Source of the DNA: Azolla caroliniana
Lineage: Eukaryota > Plantae > Polypodiophyta
Assembly: GCA_043228905.1 (NCBI GenBank)
Contig: JBHGNT010000003.1
Coordinates: forward strand, 8,804,001 to 8,868,000
Reading direction: 5' to 3'
Length of the DNA stretch: 64,000 bases
How positions within the stretch are numbered: position 1 is the first letter of the stretch; every line of letters begins with the position of its first letter. The notes beneath the pieces are model-generated. The model was given only the letters and a program-made list of their open reading frames with translations, searched no databases and was not told where the DNA came from. The translations under genes and the position numbers were made by a program. Positions 59,754-64,000 of this stretch are shown here, piece after piece.

Positions 59754-60932
59754 TGTTGTGAAGATTTTCGGCAACAACATGAAAATCGCGCGGAAAGGAC
59801 AAAATCGAGAAGGTGCAATGTGCGCACATGTGGAAGGGGTGATGGTCACACATGTACACTAGCATGTTGTAAATAAGACTGAAATGAGAATTGTAAAAGG
59901 AAGGCTAGATGAAAGGTTAAACATATGCACATTTCTCAAACACTTGTAAATATAAAAATAAGACTAAAGCCTAATAACATTTGAGTGCAAACAAAGAGGA
60001 CCAAGCAAGGTTTGAACCTTACACCTCCAAGATAGGAAACAATTGACTTACCACTAAAGCTACTACTAAGTGCTTTAGATAATATTTTCTTGTCATATTT
60101 AGTATTCTATAGGAAACAAACATATAAAACCGTGTACACAAAACCATGGTTTAAACCTATGATTTTGTACATGTCATAAGCAAAGCCATGTGCACAAAAC
60201 CATGGTTTTAGCCCATGGATTTATGCATGAACAAACCTATAAAACCCTCGTAGAGAGTGTGTAAAGGGGGGCTCAATATTTTTTATCATCATCATCACCA
60301 TCACCATCAATACAATATTCTTCTTCTTCTTCTTCTTCTTCTTCTTCTTGTTTATCTTCTTCCGGAGTGTACAAATTTTCGATCTTCTCAGGTGTAGCAC
60401 TGTTTACATTCATATCGTCCTCTTCTCAATAACTTGACGGATGTCCTCCCTGGTCCAAGACCCCGATGGTCCCGTTCAAGCAAAGCATGAAATGCACACG
60501 CATCTTTGCGACATCTTTTGGTGAACCCGACTTGAAAGAAGCAGTAGGAAGGATCAAGGAGAGGATCGACCGATACTTGGAGATGGCATCCTCAAGCAAT
60601 CAAGCATGAGAGTTCGAAAGAATGATGGTAATCGTCGAACAAATGATGAGATCTTAGGACAACGATGCGAGTGTGGAGAAGGCCATCGGTTGCGTCGTAG
60701 AGGTCGTGGTTCAATTTAATAGAAGGAACATTACGAAGTTCCTTGATGCATACAAAAGGGAGATGAATCAAAGGGGTGTGTCTAAAGCACGTCAAATCTT
60801 GAGTTTCAAGTGAGTGGTCACCAACAACGTCCAAAGGCGGGTCATCGAGCGCCATGAAGGGAAGACAACGTGGTCCGCGTTCGAGAAAGCAATATTTGTT
60901 GAGTTCATGACTGAGGATTTGTCGAGGATGAC
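59754..60932 (+). mobile_element. Element G: 5' LTR (59754-60513), tRNA-Trp PBS and gag start of another D-like gypsy
   Basis: Ends TGTTGTGAAG...GCGACA resemble D's. PBS TGGTGAACCCGAC at 60519. Gag fragment NITKFLDAYKREM..TWSAFEKA. Confidence 0.8.
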
Positions 60933-63900
60933 TCTACATGTCTGTGTGAGAAGCAGTGATAGAAATAAGGAATCTTGTGTTGTTGGCATCCATATACTCA
61001 ACACACATTGCGGGTCTTATGTTGTATTCATCATCTTCGACCTCTTCAATCGAGTGAGTTCCGGTTGTCATTCTTGTTCATGGAAAATTGTTTTTATATC
61101 GGATTGCTATCCATCAAGAATAATGGATATAAACATGAATTCCTCTCAAATTGTGGGGGACATCGATATGGAAACCATTGATCCAAAAAAGAGTAATGTG
61201 ATGGTTGAATATAATCGTGGAAGGGAAGACGTTGGAAGCTCTAAGAGGTTTAAGGGCATTGAGGAAATTAATGAGAAAAAAGAGACATATGCTGAAGTAA
61301 TACATGTGGATGAGGTTGACAAGGATCATTGTAATTGGGATAATTTATGGGGAATTGCCAATACCTTATTGTCTATTATTGTGGAAGAAAATGAAAATGC
61401 AGCGACATAATGCATTGATGAGGATGTGCATGATGTGGAAGTTGATGCTAAGGCCGGGTTGCAAACTTTTGATGTATTTTATGATCGTGCGGTTATATTA
61501 TTTTTTACCGGGAAACTCCCATACATTAAATGGATTAAACAATGGTTGAACACAATCGTGTCACCAAACTGTGTTGAAAATATATATGTAGGACCACGAG
61601 GGTTTTATGATGTAGTGTTTTGTTCACCGGAACATCGAAGTGCATTGTTGGCTAAAGTTCCAGTGTTTTTTAATAAACGATTGGTGCATGTAATGCAATG
61701 GTCCCCCGTGGTGGACTATCATGCTTTGTTAAAACAAGAATGCCTTGTTTGGGTAACAGTGGATTGTAAGCATGCTTTTTTATGGCCACTTTTACCAGAG
61801 TTGATGAGTCAAATGGGTAAAGTGTTGGTATCTCCACATGCAAATGCTACAAATAAGTGCAGATTTTGTGTGTTATGGGATACATTTGAACACACCTAGA
61901 ATGAAAAGATTTTGTTTTAAATCGAAGTGGGAGACATTTGCAGGTCATTGCTTTGGATGTGGTGAATGGGGTCACTTTATGGCGGAATGCCATCATCATT
62001 GTCCTTCAAATATAGAGGTTCCTAATGAAGGGAATGGTAAGGAAGGACTTGGGAGAGATGTTGGTGTTTGAGATATGGTGGTTGTTATGGATGAAGGAAC
62101 ATCATCTAGAGCAGGTTATAAAGAGGTTTCACTTCAAGGTTTGGACCCTAAAAATAAGGGAACACAATCTATGGATATGGAAAAAAAAGTTTGGTGGTTA
62201 TAGATAAGGGGAAAAAACTGTTGGATAGAACTAGTAGTGATGTTGTTGTTGAAAAGGATTGCCATCAAGTTAAGGGCAAGTCGAAGGGGAGATTAATGAA
62301 TATGCAACGTAATAGTTTGCCCACTAATCGTGAGACTACTTGGAAAAGTAATTCAGGAACTAGGGAGGGTTCTCGAAAAGTTCCTTGGCAAAGACAATTT
62401 AGGGATAAGGGATTACCCCTTCACCTTCAATTTGATTCATTGTGACGGGTTGTAAATTCATCAAATTCTCGAGGTTTTTGTTAAGTGGGAGAACCTAAAC
62501 ACAATATTTTGATAGACAACCCTAAGAATGTGGTACATGAAAATCCATATGCAGCATTGGAACATGCTTTGACTAGTTTCATGACATCGGTTGCTCTAAA
62601 GGAGCAAGTGCACCCATAACATTGTTGATTGAATGAAAGTGGTAACATGGAATGTGAGAGGGGCATGTTCTCCTCATAAGAAATATATATTATGGAAAAC
62701 TTTGTTAAGTAAAGAAATAGATGTATTATGTGCAGTTGGGCATAAGTGTCATGAGTTAGCAGGATCCATAGTTCATTTGCGTGGATATTCATCATTCTAT
62801 GCAGGACATCTTAATAATCATTATTCAGGTGTGGTATTAATCGTGCGAGATAAATATTATCCTCAGGTGGTGCATAATGATCCTTATGGTTGGTTTTTGG
62901 TTCTACAAATCATTTTTTTGGCGAGGTTGTGTGGGTGGTTGGGATTTATGCCCCTAACCAAGCCTAATGGGGTTGTCCAAGATTACTTATGGGTGATTTT
63001 AACATGTGTGTTGATGCATCTCAATCTACGTCTGAACATTCGATCCTGGATGATCCTGAGCAACTTGCTTGGGATTCATTGGCTATGGAGGTTTTGAAGT
63101 TGCATGGGAAGGATCTATGTTTTACTTTCCAATCCGCTCAACATAGACAAACATGGAGTCGGTTAGATAGAATGTATGTGATGCACAATGATTCTTTTTT
63201 ACCGACATCACTTCGTATGATAGTTTTACAAGATGTAGGAACTTCAGATCACTTTCCTATTTGTTTGGAGGTTTGTGTTCATGCAATTGACATGTATAAA
63301 TCCTTACTTGGAAAGCCTCCATTACGCTTTAACTCTTCACTTTTGCTTCAACCTCACTTTGATTCTCTCATGGAGCAAATTTTGGTAAATTTTTCACAAG
63401 AAGTGAATCTTAAAGGAGTTAAAGCATGGGATATCACATTACGAAACATTAAGATCATTCATCGTATTTATGGAGTAACTAATGCTCAACGAAGAAGAGA
63501 TAATCAATGTCAATCTCATTTGTTTTGCCAAGAGTTACATCCTACTTATACTCGATCGAATGTGGTACATGTAAAACAAGGGGATGAATGGATAGTGAAT
63601 CCTACTACAATAATTGACATATGTGTTCATTACTTTAAGGAGTTGATTGGCCCACAATTGTCAATGACAAATGAGGTGAGTAGAGCACATCATGAGTCTT
63701 ATTATGTGGTTGGATGTATTGTGCATGACCTCATTAGTCATGAATTGGACGCGGATTTCATTAAGGATGAGGTGGACACCGTTTTAAGGCATCTTCCTAG
63801 TGGTAAGAACCCTGGTTGGGATGGCGTGACAAATGAAGTTTTTAAGCAATATTCAAATATTTTAAAGGGTCCCTTAACTTTGATGTTTCAACATTCTTGG

Positions 63901-64000
63901 GATTCTAGTCGTGTGCCGCAAGCTTGGAAGGTTGGTCTAATTAAATTAGTTCCAAAGGTGGCATCCCCAAAGTCATTTCATCAATGGAGACCTATTTCTT
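60933..64000 (+). mobile_element. Degenerate L1-clade LINE (ORF1 from ~61123; ORF2 from 62633, running off the window)
   Basis: ORF1: GPRGFYDVVF RRM-like region and zinc knuckle CFGCGEWGHFMAEC. ORF2: MKVVTWNVRG, GDFN, SRLDRMY, SDHFP, PGWDG, LIKLVPK..WRPIS. Multiple stops and frameshifts. Confidence 0.9.

Overview
Repeat-rich land-plant nuclear DNA. The TE lineages suggest a seed-free plant, probably a fern, but this is inferred and not proven. There is one intact host gene: a 15-coding-exon PP2C + two cyclic-nucleotide-binding + kinase-like protein on the minus strand (14388-2135, ~1071 aa), with a telo-box/site-II type upstream region. The rest is transposable elements. (i) A 6.7-kb hAT (TIRs, 8-bp TSD) carrying captured armadillo-repeat-kinesin exons and a nested MULE derivative. 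(ii) A second hAT with two MITEs and a chromovirus inserted in it. (iii) A six-deep nest of LTR retrotransposons (34.5-59.8 kb) whose innermost member is an intact copia with identical LTRs. (iv) An L1 LINE at the right end. The most unusual observation is in the Athila-like gypsy element C (35480-57933, minus). It has no polypurine tract. Where the PPT should be, 2 nt before the 3' LTR, its sense strand carries a copy of the tRNA-Arg 3' end ending in CCA, inside an ~87-nt tRNA-like fold, and this copy is complementary to the element's own PBS. This suggests a non-canonical priming system: a second tRNA priming the plus strand, or self-priming by a tRNA mimic. All coordinates, folds and counts were derived by eye and need computational confirmation.
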